Source: an uncultured Acidobacteriota bacterium (GTDB lineage Bacteria > Acidobacteriota > Thermoanaerobaculia > Multivoradales > UBA5704). From it: a stretch of DNA of 64,000 nucleotides. The notes under the pieces were generated by a model that saw only the letters and a program-made list of their open reading frames with translations, had not been told where the DNA came from and searched no databases. How positions within the stretch are numbered: position 1 is the stretch's first letter; every line of letters starts with the position of its first letter. The stretch covers positions 5,184,001 through 5,248,000 of the forward strand of contig CAVYRF010000002.1 in NCBI GenBank assembly GCA_963770895.1, in the 5' to 3' direction. A program made the translations under genes and the position numbers. This document shows positions 1 through 10,211 of this stretch, piece by piece.

Positions 1-614
1 TTGGGCACGGAGCTGATGGCGTTGCCGGTGCTCCAACCGCCGTTGCCGTGGCCATTGCCGCCGTTGCCGCCGTTCCAACCACCGTTGCCGCCACTGCCGC
101 CGTTGCCGCCACTGCCGCTGCCGCTCTGGGTGCAGGCCTGCGAGCCCGGGAAGAGCTGGCCGGCGCCCCACGCATCCTGCTGGTCGTTGCCGTTGTCGTC
201 GCCATGGCCGTAGTCGTTCTGCGAGGTCGACGAGCCGACCACGGCATGGAGGGCGATGTAGAGGCTGGTGCCCGGCACCGCCGTACCCAGCGGGATGGTG
301 AAGGTGTAGGTGGTGACCGCGGGAGAGAGGGTTTCGCGGTAGGGGAACTGGTCGACGATCGGCGCCTGGTTCTGGGTCTGCGGGATGCCCGCCAGGGTCT
401 GGCTGACCGCGGCGTCCAGCTGGTCGATCGTGACGGTGCCGGTGGTGGCCACGGTGATGTAAAGATTGGAAATGTCGTTCGAAACCGTCACCGTCCCGTC
501 GGTGGTCGTGCCGTTGGCAACCAGGTTCACGGTCAGCGGATTGCTGGTGCACCTGCCGAAAGCCGCGGCGCAACAGGCCAGGCCAAGGACTATTGAAATT
601 AACAGTCGTTTCAT
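1..614 (-). CDS. Secreted protein with Gly/Asn-rich repeat region (runs off the window edge)
   Basis: Not in the ORF track; read manually. ATG at 614 with GGAGG upstream gives MKRLLISIVLGLACCAAAFG (signal peptide), a beta-rich domain (…FPYRETL…LYIALHAVV…DAWGAG), then GGNGGSGGNGGW repeats; open to base 1. Confidence 0.8.
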   Translation of the reverse strand, partial: MKRLLISIVLGLACCAAAFGRCTSNPLTVNLVANGTTTDGTVTVSNDISNLYITVATTGTVTIDQLDAAVSQTLAGIPQTQNQAPIVDQFPYRETLSPAVTTYTFTIPLGTAVPGTSLYIALHAVVGSSTSQNDYGHGDDNGNDQQDAWGAGQLFPGSQACTQSGSGSGGNGGSGGNGGWNGGNGGNGHGNGGWSTGNAISSVP

Positions 615-1112
615 GAGATGAATGCCTCCCACCAAGTAGCCGAGTAACAGACTGCAGGAGCTCACAGCGAGCCCCTTTTTTGAAAAGCTCCGATATTTTA
701 CAGCTAGATACGCATAGAGCGCAATATTCATATCTCCTCCGCTCGCTGCAACTTGCCGTTTTCCGCCGGGACGCTTTATATATCTGATTTTTACTATTGC
801 GATTGATGCGCAATATTGCGCCGGTAAATACCGGTGGCGGGTATTGTGATCGGTTTCTTCAAGGCAAGGAACCGATTGCTTTACAAGCAAGAACGGGAAC
901 GGGGCGGAGCGGCGTGCGGGGTCGGGGAGTGCGGGGTGGAGCAGTGCGGGGTGGGGCAGTGTGCGGGGACCGGGGCGCGCGAGGGTGAAATCGCCGGCGC
1001 CAGGTGCCGGGGGCGCGCGGCTTGCGCCGGCGCCAGGTGCTGCGCCGGCTGCCGGCCGGCCGGTCAGAAAGTGACCGGCCGGCGCGGCGTTGGGATGGCG
1101 GTGGCGACTGGA

Positions 1113-4100
1113 TCAGGGGGCGGCGGTATGGGGCGCCGGAGCGGGAGCGGCCGGGGCGGCGGTATGGGGCGCCGGAGCGGGAGCGGCCGGTGCGGCGGTC
1201 GGAGTCGCCGGAGCGGGGGCGGCCGGTGCGGCGGCGGGCGGCCAGCCCAGGCCGAGGTGGCCGGCGTTGAAGATGGCGTTGAACACCAGGGCGTAGTCGC
1301 CCTGCGTGTTCATGCGCCACATGGGATTGCAGGCGAAGAGCAGGACGTGCCCCTTGCCGAGCGGGCTGTCGACGACCAGGGGGGTGCCGGCGATCTCGTC
1401 GGCGCCTTCCAGCATGCCCGACAGCAGGATCTTGTCGGCCTCCTTGGGGAAGGCGAGGATGACGCGCGGCCGATCCTGGAGGCGCGGGATGAAGGGAGCG
1501 GCAAAGAGGGCGTAGCCTTCGGGCAGCAGGAAGCCCTCTTCACCCGGGCCGGGCTTGGGACGCGGCGGGGTTTCGACGAAGGGCCGCCCCTGCGGCACGT
1601 CGGGATCGGTCATCGAGCCGCGGCCGCTGACGCGCTGGTCGTTGCCGCGGCGGCGCTCGGGGGAGCCGACCTTCATCACCAGCGCCCCCGGATACTGCAC
1701 CGGCACGGTTTCGTCGTAGCCGTAGCCGATCGGGCTCGCGGTATCGGCCAGGTGCGCCTGCAGGATCGAGCCGCTGGCCTTCACCTTGCTGACCCGCGAT
1801 ACCTCCACGTAGCGCGCCAGGCCGTATTGCGCCGCCCAGACGGCGGTGTCGCCGACGGTGATCAGCAGGCCGCCTTCCTTGACGAAGCGCTCCAGGTTCT
1901 GCACCCCGGTCAGGCCCAGGCCGGGACGCATGTCGTCGGTTTCGTCGACGCCCAGGTTGGGGGTCAGCGCCGTCTTCTTCCAGGGCAGCGGCGGCCCCGG
2001 CGGCATGCCGTTGACGATGTCCGCCGGCTCGCCGCCGGCGGGCGGGAAGACGATGACGTCGAAGCGCGAGCGCAGATCGGTCATGGCGGCGATCTTCTGC
2101 GTCGACAGGTAGGTGTAGGGCACTTTCAGGCTTTCGAAGGCGAGGCGGAACCACCCTTCGTCCTGGGTGCTCAGCCAGCTGTGCAGGATGGCGATGCGCG
2201 GCATCGGCATGGGGTGGGTCGCCGCCGGCGGCCAGGCGTCCAGGACGCGCACCTGCATGCTGCCCATGCCGGCGATCGCCTGGCGCATGCGGTCGGTGGC
2301 TTCGACCAGCACGGTGCCGGCCGGCAGGGTGCCGTGCGCATCCTTGAGCTCCGCTTCCAGGACGGCGAATTTGGCATCCGGGTAGGAGGTCCGCAGGCGC
2401 ACCAGGTCGGTGTCGGCGCGGTTGGTGATGGCGATTGCGCCGCCGGCGGCCACCTGGGCGGACGGCAGCTGGCCGTTCCACGGGTGCATCGGCACCTTGA
2501 GCACGTCCTGGTTGACGATGCGCTTGCAATCGACGTTCTTGGTGTAGCCCAGGGTCCAGCCGGTGTCGTCGTAGACCGGGTCCTTGCCCTGCACGTACTG
2601 GGTGTCGAGCAGCGCGTCGGCCAGGCGGCTGTACGGTTGATCCATGCGGATGATGAAGCTGCCGGCGGCGAAGCTGAGCTGGTCCTTGTCCGCCTTGGCG
2701 GCGTCGGCCTTGGCGTCGGGTTTGGCGTCCGCGGCCTTGGCGTCGGCAGTCTTGGCGTCGGCAGTCTTGCTGTCGGCGGGTTTGGCGTCGGCGGTCTTGC
2801 TGTCGGAGGTCTTGCTGTCGGAGGTCTTGCTGTCGGCGGATTTGGCGTCGGCGGTCTTGGCGCTGGCGTCACCGGCCGCGGCGTGGTCTGCCGCCGAGTC
2901 GTTGTCGGCGTCCGATTTTTTTGGCGGCCAGCCGGCCTTCAGGCTGAAGGCCCGGTCGCTCTGCTGCACCTCGATGCCCTGGGTGCGCAGCAGGTTCAAC
3001 AGGTCGCGCAGCTGCCCCAGGCGCTTCTGGTCGGCGGGGAAGACGTAGGCGGCAGGGCCCTCTTCGGTGGCCTTGGCCATCGAGCGCTGGGCCAGCGTCC
3101 AGAACATGCGCAGCAGGCGCTCGTGGTTGTCGGCCATGTACTTGAGCGCCACCAGGACGCCGCTCTGCTCGTAGTTCACATTGTTGCGCAGCGACCATTT
3201 GAGCTTGGGGTAGGGCGGATTGGGCCGGTACCATTCGCGCTCGCTGCCGTCGCGGATGACGCGGTCTTCGGTCGCCGGCACCAGGTTGCCGAAGGTTTCG
3301 TAGAAGCGGCCGATCGAGTTGTGGCCGTGGGCGACCCAGAACATGTAGTTGGGCGCCCAGCCGTCGTAGAAACCGTGCGTCCAGACGCCGATCAATCCCT
3401 TTTCGGTCAGCGTCTGGATCTCGTTGTAGGCCATGCGGTGCCACTCGTCGATGGCGATCGGATCGAGCGCCGGGTTGTAGGGGCCGGTGCCGGTCGAGAT
3501 GTACAGCAGCGGCACCGATTCGTGGAGGTCGTGGACCACCATCGGGTGCCAATCGAAATAGGCCGCCAGCACGTTGCGGCTGAGGTTGAGACCCAGTCCC
3601 ATGGCGTCGCGGTTGTTGTCGTGCTGGACGTAGTGTCCCCAATATGCGAGCGGCGGCAGGATCGAGCCGGCGTTGGCCTGCTGCCAGCGCACCAGGTCCA
3701 CCATGCGGTCGCGGCCGTCCACTTCGAGCACCGGCGTGATCAGGGTGATCACGTTGTCGCGGATGCTCTTGATCAGCGGCGTGTCCTCGACCACCAGGCG
3801 GTAGGCCAGCTCCATGAACATTTCGGGCGAGCCGGTTTCGACCGAATGCATGGCGCCGGTCAGGTAGTACATCGGCTTGCCGGTGGCGATCAGCCGCGAC
3901 GCCGCTTCTTCCGACAGCTTGCGCGGATCGGCGAGCTGGCGGGTGATGTCTTTGTAGGTGTCGAGCTTGCGAATGGTGTCCTCGTCGGCGATCGCCACCA
4001 GGATCATCTCGCGCCCTTCCTCGGACTTGCCGAGCGAGAAGACCTTGAGGCGCGGCGAGGCCGCCGCCAGCGCCCGCATGTAGCGGTGCACGTCCTCGGC

Positions 4101-4361
4101 ATAGGTGAGGTGGTCGGGCGCGCCGGCGATGTAGCCGATGACCTTTTCGGGCGTCGGCACGGTGGTCGATGCCGGCAGGTGATCGACCAGGTCGGTCATG
4201 AATTCCGGTGCGGTGGTCGCGGCGCGAATCTTCTGCGAGTACTGCTGGTCCCATTCAGGATGTTTTTCGATCGGCTCGATGGCGGTATTGGCGGCAGTGG
4301 CGGCGGTGGCGATGCTGGCGCACACCAGCAGCGCAAGGATCGACGCGGACGAACCTTTCAT
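1113..4361 (-). CDS. Secreted M14-family zinc carboxypeptidase
   Basis: Signal peptide; Zn ligands HSVE (HxxE) and VHDLHE; HDNNRD; C-terminal class I glutamine amidotransferase-like domain; GAGGTG RBS before ATG at 4361. Confidence 0.85.
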   Translation of the reverse strand: MKGSSASILALLVCASIATAATAANTAIEPIEKHPEWDQQYSQKIRAATTAPEFMTDLVDHLPASTTVPTPEKVIGYIAGAPDHLTYAEDVHRYMRALAAASPRLKVFSLGKSEEGREMILVAIADEDTIRKLDTYKDITRQLADPRKLSEEAASRLIATGKPMYYLTGAMHSVETGSPEMFMELAYRLVVEDTPLIKSIRDNVITLITPVLEVDGRDRMVDLVRWQQANAGSILPPLAYWGHYVQHDNNRDAMGLGLNLSRNVLAAYFDWHPMVVHDLHESVPLLYISTGTGPYNPALDPIAIDEWHRMAYNEIQTLTEKGLIGVWTHGFYDGWAPNYMFWVAHGHNSIGRFYETFGNLVPATEDRVIRDGSEREWYRPNPPYPKLKWSLRNNVNYEQSGVLVALKYMADNHERLLRMFWTLAQRSMAKATEEGPAAYVFPADQKRLGQLRDLLNLLRTQGIEVQQSDRAFSLKAGWPPKKSDADNDSAADHAAAGDASAKTADAKSADSKTSDSKTSDSKTADAKPADSKTADAKTADAKAADAKPDAKADAAKADKDQLSFAAGSFIIRMDQPYSRLADALLDTQYVQGKDPVYDDTGWTLGYTKNVDCKRIVNQDVLKVPMHPWNGQLPSAQVAAGGAIAITNRADTDLVRLRTSYPDAKFAVLEAELKDAHGTLPAGTVLVEATDRMRQAIAGMGSMQVRVLDAWPPAATHPMPMPRIAILHSWLSTQDEGWFRLAFESLKVPYTYLSTQKIAAMTDLRSRFDVIVFPPAGGEPADIVNGMPPGPPLPWKKTALTPNLGVDETDDMRPGLGLTGVQNLERFVKEGGLLITVGDTAVWAAQYGLARYVEVSRVSKVKASGSILQAHLADTASPIGYGYDETVPVQYPGALVMKVGSPERRRGNDQRVSGRGSMTDPDVPQGRPFVETPPRPKPGPGEEGFLLPEGYALFAAPFIPRLQDRPRVILAFPKEADKILLSGMLEGADEIAGTPLVVDSPLGKGHVLLFACNPMWRMNTQGDYALVFNAIFNAGHLGLGWPPAAAPAAPAPATPTAAPAAPAPAPHTAAPAAPAPAPHTAAP
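2690..2870. repeat. 15-bp tandem repeats encoding a KTADA/KTSDS/KPADS pentapeptide linker inside the peptidase
   Basis: Repeated units such as ggcgtcggcagtctt and gctgtcggaggtctt; boundaries approximate. Confidence 0.85.
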
Positions 4362-4407
4362 GATCACCTCGGGCGGCGAAAGTTAGTGAAGATGGCGCAT
4401 GCGGCGG

Positions 4408-5808
4408 CTATTGGAAATAGCCGCTGACGTCGAGCAGGACGTGTGCGGATTGGGTCGCGGTCGCGTTGAAAATCCCCACCGTGCCGGTGCCCGAAGAGGC
4501 CAGCGCGACGATGGCGCTGTTGGCGCGCAGCTGGCCGCTGGCAAAGTTGAGCGTGCTGGTGACAGGCACCTGCGCGTTGCCGGCGAAGAGCGTCAGGTAG
4601 CCGCCTTCGGGCGGTCCCACCACGGTCAGGTTGACCGCCAGCGCCTTGGCCGTCGCGGGGATGCCGCACTGGCCGGCGGCGACCACGATGCGCTGGCTGC
4701 CGGGCGGCAACGCCGGGCCGCCGTAGGGGCCGTCGCTGGTGCGCGTGTCGAGCAGGCGGCAGGGGGTCAGGGTGTAAAACCTGTCGTGGCCGGCGGGCGC
4801 CGTCTGCGGCGGTTGCCAGCCGAGCTGGATGACGTCGAAGTCGCTGGCGTGCAGGGTGCCGAATTCGGGGTTGAGAACGCCGTTGTCCCAGCGCGTGTCG
4901 TAGGTGCCCTGGATGTACATGTTGCTGCCGTTGTCGGCGACGATCAGGCCGTACGTTTTCATCGCCTGGAAGATCAGCTGGTCTTCCGCCGAGTAGCCCG
5001 AGATATCGACCGACGCCTTGAGGCGCAGGCGCGTGCCGAGCGGCGGCGCCGACGGGTTGGAGCCGGCGACGTGCGAGGCGGGGTAGACGTAACCGTTGCT
5101 GTCGCGCAACGTGAAACGGAAGGCGTGCCGGATCGGGCTGCTGCCAAAGGCCTCGTCATACCGGATCAGGCCCGGCATGATCGCCAGGCCGGCGGCGTCG
5201 GCGCTGGTCCAGCCCTGCGGCCGGCGGGCGTCGCTGTCCAGCTGAAAGATGGCGCCCGAGCCGGCTTCCCAATGATCGACGTTCCAATGCGCCTGGTAAA
5301 GCTCGTACAGAATGCGGTTGTCGCGGTCGACGATCAGCATGTGATAGTCGTCGCTGGTGCCGCCGCCGGCGGTGCCGCCTTCGATCCACTTGGCCTGCGT
5401 TTCGGCGGCCGGCGGGATGGGATAGCCCGCGCCGTGGCCGGGGGCGCCGGTGTCGCTCTGGTCGGGCGACAGGACAAACGTGACCGGCACCAGCGCCTGC
5501 GTGCCGGGGACGCTGATAAACGGAAATCCGTAAATATTGGGATTGCTCGGATCGTTCGGGTCGACGTCGCCGCCCAGGTCGGGATGGAGCGGCGTGTCGC
5601 TGCCGATCCAATCGATGAAGTTCGCGCTGTTGGGGTCGACAGGAGCGTTGGAGATGTTGACGTTCCACCAGTTGTCAGGTGGAAACAGCGGCAGCGGCTG
5701 GGGGAGCGGGCCGCCCACGCTGGCTGTCTGGGCGCTGGCTTGATGGCCGGGGGCGGCCAGGGAAAGGATCACTAGAACTGCCAGTGCTGCGTTCACCAGA
5801 ACCTGCAT
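4408..5808 (-). CDS. Secreted protein (FPPDNWWN family) with acidobacterial C-terminal PCRLLDTR…DVSGYF domain
   Basis: C-terminal half of ORF 4408..7383. ATG at 5808 gives a signal peptide (MQVLVNAALAVLVILSLA). Motifs WTSADAAGL, IRHAFRF and KTYGLIVADNGS. Confidence 0.8.
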   Translation of the reverse strand: MQVLVNAALAVLVILSLAAPGHQASAQTASVGGPLPQPLPLFPPDNWWNVNISNAPVDPNSANFIDWIGSDTPLHPDLGGDVDPNDPSNPNIYGFPFISVPGTQALVPVTFVLSPDQSDTGAPGHGAGYPIPPAAETQAKWIEGGTAGGGTSDDYHMLIVDRDNRILYELYQAHWNVDHWEAGSGAIFQLDSDARRPQGWTSADAAGLAIMPGLIRYDEAFGSSPIRHAFRFTLRDSNGYVYPASHVAGSNPSAPPLGTRLRLKASVDISGYSAEDQLIFQAMKTYGLIVADNGSNMYIQGTYDTRWDNGVLNPEFGTLHASDFDVIQLGWQPPQTAPAGHDRFYTLTPCRLLDTRTSDGPYGGPALPPGSQRIVVAAGQCGIPATAKALAVNLTVVGPPEGGYLTLFAGNAQVPVTSTLNFASGQLRANSAIVALASSGTGTVGIFNATATQSAHVLLDVSGYFQ

Positions 5809-5993
5809 GATGCGCAGGGGGCCTCCTTGACGGCGCGTTGGACGATCCGGGTCTCTGATACTGAGGCGAGTATACGCGGTTCGGCGGGGGTGGGTTTCGG
5901 TTCGTCGTCGACGGGTCTCGAAATCGGAAAACTGACTCTTCGAACTCCCTGGCCTGCTCCGGTGTCCACGAGCCGATGATCGGTGCCGTGCTT

Positions 5994-8375
5994 TCAGGTG
6001 GTGCGGGCTTGGAGGGAGTAGAGCTCGCCGTAGGCGGGGTGGAGGTCGGCGGCGATGCCTTGGTCCAGGCGGGCGAGGGCGGCGGCGGGGGCGGCGGGGG
6101 TTTGGTGGGGGATGGGCCAGTGGAGGGTGAGCTGGTTGATGCCTCGGCGCAGGAGGTGGGCGGGGAGGGGAAGGTGGGACTGGGTCCAGGCGGTGGTGAG
6201 GGGGAGGGTGCCGGCGGGGGCGCCGTTGAGGGTGAGGCGGGCGGTGCCGCGGCGGGGGTGGGGCGGGGTGAGGGAGCGGTGGGGGGACAGGCGGGCGGTG
6301 ATGGTGAGGGCGGCGTCGCGGTCGCCTGCGCTGACCAGGCAGAGGCTGGTGGTGGGCCAGGGCGAGCGGTGGGTGGCGGGGCGTTGGACGTCGTCGAGCG
6401 GCATGACGTCGGGGTAGAAGCGCTCCAGGGGTTCCCAGAGGTAATAGGGCGGGTCCAGGAGCTCGGTCGCGGCGGGGCGGAGGGCACGGTGGGCGATGAG
6501 CTGGGACAGGGCGGCGTCGGCGGCGGGTCTGGCGTGGCGGGTGAGGGCGGCCAGGATGGCGGCGAGGAGGTCGGCGTCGAGGTGGTCCCAGCGCCAGCCG
6601 TGTTGCAGGCCCAGGGTGAAGTCGGAAGCGAGGTTGCGGCGCTGGGCTGGGGTGAGGATGGCGGGGAGCGGCGCGGCGCGGGCGGCGATGAGATCGAGCA
6701 TGGCGGATTCGATGCCGGGGGCGGCGGCCAGGGCCTGGTCGCACCAGGCTTCCAGGAAGGGGGCCTTGGGTCCGACGGCGAGCAGGCGGTGGGCGCCGTG
6801 GACGGCGGCGCCCAGGCGGGCGACGGCCTCGACCGCTGCGGGGACGGCGGGCGGCGGCAGGCTGCCCAGGAGGGTCTGCCAGGGCAGGTCGGCTTCGGCA
6901 AGGCCCGAGACGCGCAGGATCTCGCTGGCGAGCGCTGCCATGGCGACGTGGATGCCTTCGGAGGTGAGGTGGCAGTAGTCCAGGAAGAGGCGGCGGCCGG
7001 GGAGCGGTGAGCCGGTGTGGGTGGCGAAGACGTGCGGCAGGTCGACGCAGGCGAAGCCGTGGCGCTGCCGGGCCCGGCGCAGCAGGTGGTGGGTGAGGGT
7101 GGTCGCCTGCGGCGCCGCCAGGAAGGCCAGCGTCGGGTAGGCCGCGGCGTCGATCTCGGCGCGCGCGGCGGCGGCGGCGGCGGGGGCGTCGCCGGCGCCT
7201 GAGCGGGCGTTGGCCAGCAGGCGCCAGGAGGTGGGCGTGACGCCGCCGTCCTGGTCGAGCATGGCGGTGGCGGTGCGCGCGGCGGCGCTCCAGGCGCCGC
7301 GTGCCAGCTGGCTCCGGGCGCGCGCCAGGCGGCGGTACCAGGCGGCGATGCCGCCTTGGGCGGTGGGCGGGGCGGGCGACCACCAGGAGATGGGCTGGCG
7401 GTTCTCCCAGCCGGTCAGGCTGACTTCGGGCACGACGACGACGACCGGCACGCCCAGGGCGCGGGCGACCTGGGCGATGCGCTCGAAGGTCGATTGGGCC
7501 AGGGTGCGCAGCCGGTCGGCGGCCAGCGCCACGGGGCCGGCGGGGCCGGCTTCGCGCCAGGCCGCGGCGTAGTCCTGGCGGGCGGCGACGGACGGGGCGT
7601 AGGGCGAGACGTCGGGGGTTTCGAGCAGGTTCCAGTTGTTGCCGGCAAACAGCACCAGGACGTCGGGCTGGATCTGGACGGCGCTTTCCAGGGTCGCGAG
7701 CAGCGAGGGGAGGGTCTCGTTGGTGCGCGCCAGGTCGATCACTTCGACGGCGTCCTGGCCGGCGACGGCGCGCAGCTGGGCTTCCAGGACGGTGGCGGGG
7801 GTCAGGTGCGGTGCGTAAAGGTAACCCGCCGCGGCCGACTCGCCGAACAGGCAGACGCGCAGCGGCATGGGCGCTCGCTTCGGACGGATCTCCCGCCGCG
7901 CCGCGAAGTGATCGCCCAGCGGCAGCGGGCGTGGGCGCACGAAGGCCAGGTCCGGTCCCGACCCCCGCGGCTGCCAGATGCTGATCGGGCGCGGCCAGCC
8001 GCCGGGCCGGCCGCCTGGCTGCGGCGCGGCTGCCGCGGCAGCCGGCGCGCCGCCCGGTGCTGGATCGGCAGGCGCTGCCGCCGGCTCGGCGGAAGGTTCC
8101 GCCGGCGGCGTGGCGGATGCCGGCGCGGGCAGCGCCAGGCCGGGTGGCGGCGGCGTCAGCATGCCGGCGCGTTGCAGCGCTCGCGCCACGCGCGCGCCTT
8201 CGGGGGTGCCCAGGAGCGCCGCCAGCGCACGGCTCGCCGCCTTGGCGGGGTCGGCCGGCGCCGCGGCGCGCGCATCCTGGGCGCCGTCGCCGTTGCCGTT
8301 GCCGGCGCCGGCGCCGGCGCGCGGCTGCGCCGCGGCTGCCGGGGCGGCGTCGTGCGCGGGGCGGTCGTCAGGCAT
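5994..8375 (-). CDS. SGNH/GDSL-hydrolase-like protein with TPR-like helices, coupled to the carbamoyltransferase
   Basis: VCLFGESAAAG (block I-like), FAGNN, DYCH (DxxH); TGATG overlap with the upstream gene. Confidence 0.65.
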   Translation of the reverse strand: MPDDRPAHDAAPAAAAQPRAGAGAGNGNGDGAQDARAAAPADPAKAASRALAALLGTPEGARVARALQRAGMLTPPPPGLALPAPASATPPAEPSAEPAAAPADPAPGGAPAAAAAAPQPGGRPGGWPRPISIWQPRGSGPDLAFVRPRPLPLGDHFAARREIRPKRAPMPLRVCLFGESAAAGYLYAPHLTPATVLEAQLRAVAGQDAVEVIDLARTNETLPSLLATLESAVQIQPDVLVLFAGNNWNLLETPDVSPYAPSVAARQDYAAAWREAGPAGPVALAADRLRTLAQSTFERIAQVARALGVPVVVVVPEVSLTGWENRQPISWWSPAPPTAQGGIAAWYRRLARARSQLARGAWSAAARTATAMLDQDGGVTPTSWRLLANARSGAGDAPAAAAAARAEIDAAAYPTLAFLAAPQATTLTHHLLRRARQRHGFACVDLPHVFATHTGSPLPGRRLFLDYCHLTSEGIHVAMAALASEILRVSGLAEADLPWQTLLGSLPPPAVPAAVEAVARLGAAVHGAHRLLAVGPKAPFLEAWCDQALAAAPGIESAMLDLIAARAAPLPAILTPAQRRNLASDFTLGLQHGWRWDHLDADLLAAILAALTRHARPAADAALSQLIAHRALRPAATELLDPPYYLWEPLERFYPDVMPLDDVQRPATHRSPWPTTSLCLVSAGDRDAALTITARLSPHRSLTPPHPRRGTARLTLNGAPAGTLPLTTAWTQSHLPLPAHLLRRGINQLTLHWPIPHQTPAAPAAALARLDQGIAADLHPAYGELYSLQARTT

Positions 8376-10156
8376 CAGACAAAGGTGTAGAGATCGGTGG
8401 GCAGGGCGGCGCCGGGGTGGCCGGCGGCGGCGGTGTCGAAGGCGCTGCGCAGGCGCTCCTGCCAGGCGGGCAGCAGGGCGGGCCAGTCGGCGGGCAGGGA
8501 CTGGCGGTCGATCAGGAAGTCTTCGAGCACCAGGGCGTCGAGGCCGGCGCGGGCCATGGTGAAGAGGGCGTCGACGGGAGTGCAGACGATGGGCTCGCCG
8601 GCGGTATTGAAAGAAGTGTTGACCAGGATCGGGCAGCCGGTGCGGCGGCCCATTTCGCGCAGCAGCGCGGCGAAGCGGGGGGCGTCGGCGTCGGCGACGG
8701 TCTGGGGGCGGGCGGAGCCGTCGACGTGGGTGATGGCGGGCAGCGCCAGGCGCGAGGTGACGGCGCAGGTTTCCAGCATGAAGGGCGACGGGTGATCCAG
8801 GTCGAAGTGCTCACCGGCGGCGCCGGCCAGGACGCTGGGCGCGAAGGGGCGGAACTCTTCGCGGCGCTTGACCAGGCGGTTGAGGCGCTGGCGCGCCGTG
8901 GGGTCGCGCGGATCGGCCAGCAGGCTGCGGGCGCCCAGCGCGCGCGGACCCATCTCCAGGGCGCCGTGGAACCAGCCGACGATCTGGCGGCGCTCCAGGC
9001 GGTCGACGACGGCGGCCAGCAGGTCGGCTTCGCGGCCGCGGAAGTCGAGCGCCGGCAGCTCGGCCGCGGCCAGCAGGTCGGCGACCTGGCCGGCGCTCCA
9101 GCGCGGGCCCAAAAACACGTGCGACAGCGGCGCCGGGCGCTGCCCCGTGAGCTCGGCCTGGGCGAGCGCGGCGGCGCCCAGGCAGCCACCCGAGTCGCCC
9201 GCCGCCGGTTGCACGAACAGGCGCCGGAAGGGGCCTTCGCGGCGGATGCGGCCGTTGGCGACGCAGTTGAGCGCCACGCCGCCGGCCATGCAGAGGTCGG
9301 TGGCGCCGGTCTGGGCGTGGAGGTAGCGCGCCTTGGCCAGCAGCAGCTCTTCGAGCACCGCTTGCAGGCTGCGCGCGACGTCGCGATGGAAGTCCTGGAT
9401 CGGCTGGCCGGGGCGGCGGCGCGGCGCTCCCAGCAGGTCGGCCAGGGCCGGCGCATCCATCTGCCGGCCGCGCACGAAGTCGAAGTAGCGCAGGTCGAGG
9501 CGGAACTGCCCGCCCGGCAGGTCCTGGACCAGGCGGCGCATGGCGTCCAGGTGGCGCGGCTGGCCGTAGGGCGCCAGGCCCATCACCTTGTATTCGCCGT
9601 CGTTGACGCGAAAACCCAGGTAGGCGGTGATGGTCGAATACAGCAGGCCCAGGGAGTGCGGAAAGTCGACCTGCTCGAAGAGGTCGAGCTGGTTGCCGTG
9701 GCCGCGGCCGTAGGTGGCGGTCGCCCATTCGCCGACGCCGTCGACGGTGAGCACGGCGGCGCTGTCGAAGCCCGAATACAGATAGGCGCTGGCGGCGTGC
9801 GAGGCGTGGTGCGGATAGCAGCGCAGCGGCCCGTCGTAGCCCAGCCCTTCGCGCAGCGCCCGCTCGGGGCGGCGCGGGTCCAGCCACGGCAGGTCGGCCG
9901 GCGTGTCGGCCGGCACCCCCGCCCACAGCTGGCGGGCGAGCTTTTCGGTGGGCTGCTCGTAATAGGCGAGGCAGTCGACCTGGTGGGGGCCGATGCCGCC
10001 GGCGGCGAGGCAGTGGCGGAAGGCGCCCACCGGCAGGCGCGCGTCGTGTTTGACGCGCGAGAAGCGCTCCTCTTCGGCTGCCGCCACCAGACGGCCGTCC
10101 TGCAGCAGGCAGCAGGCCGACTCGTGAAAGAACGCGGAGATCCCGAGGATGTTCAC
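8375..10156 (-). CDS. Carbamoyltransferase, NodU/CmcH family
   Basis: ILGISAFFHESA, EEERFSRVKH, HHASHA, EYKVMGLAPYG, GGVALNC, GPRALGARS, HVDGSARPQ, NTSFN. Confidence 0.95.
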   Translation of the reverse strand: MNILGISAFFHESACCLLQDGRLVAAAEEERFSRVKHDARLPVGAFRHCLAAGGIGPHQVDCLAYYEQPTEKLARQLWAGVPADTPADLPWLDPRRPERALREGLGYDGPLRCYPHHASHAASAYLYSGFDSAAVLTVDGVGEWATATYGRGHGNQLDLFEQVDFPHSLGLLYSTITAYLGFRVNDGEYKVMGLAPYGQPRHLDAMRRLVQDLPGGQFRLDLRYFDFVRGRQMDAPALADLLGAPRRRPGQPIQDFHRDVARSLQAVLEELLLAKARYLHAQTGATDLCMAGGVALNCVANGRIRREGPFRRLFVQPAAGDSGGCLGAAALAQAELTGQRPAPLSHVFLGPRWSAGQVADLLAAAELPALDFRGREADLLAAVVDRLERRQIVGWFHGALEMGPRALGARSLLADPRDPTARQRLNRLVKRREEFRPFAPSVLAGAAGEHFDLDHPSPFMLETCAVTSRLALPAITHVDGSARPQTVADADAPRFAALLREMGRRTGCPILVNTSFNTAGEPIVCTPVDALFTMARAGLDALVLEDFLIDRQSLPADWPALLPAWQERLRSAFDTAAAGHPGAALPTDLYTFV

Positions 10157-10211
10157 CGGCCGCGGAGGTGGCGCCAGGGGGTGCGCGCGGCGCCGGCTTT
10201 GCTAGTACCCA

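Noticed and set aside
834-4427. 1197-aa plus-strand ORF
   Set aside because: Antisense shadow of the M14 peptidase, typical of high-GC DNA; no motifs.
5809-7383. N-terminal extension of ORF 4408..7383
   Set aside because: Arg/Pro-rich off-frame read of the SGNH-like gene; the signal peptide starts at 5808.
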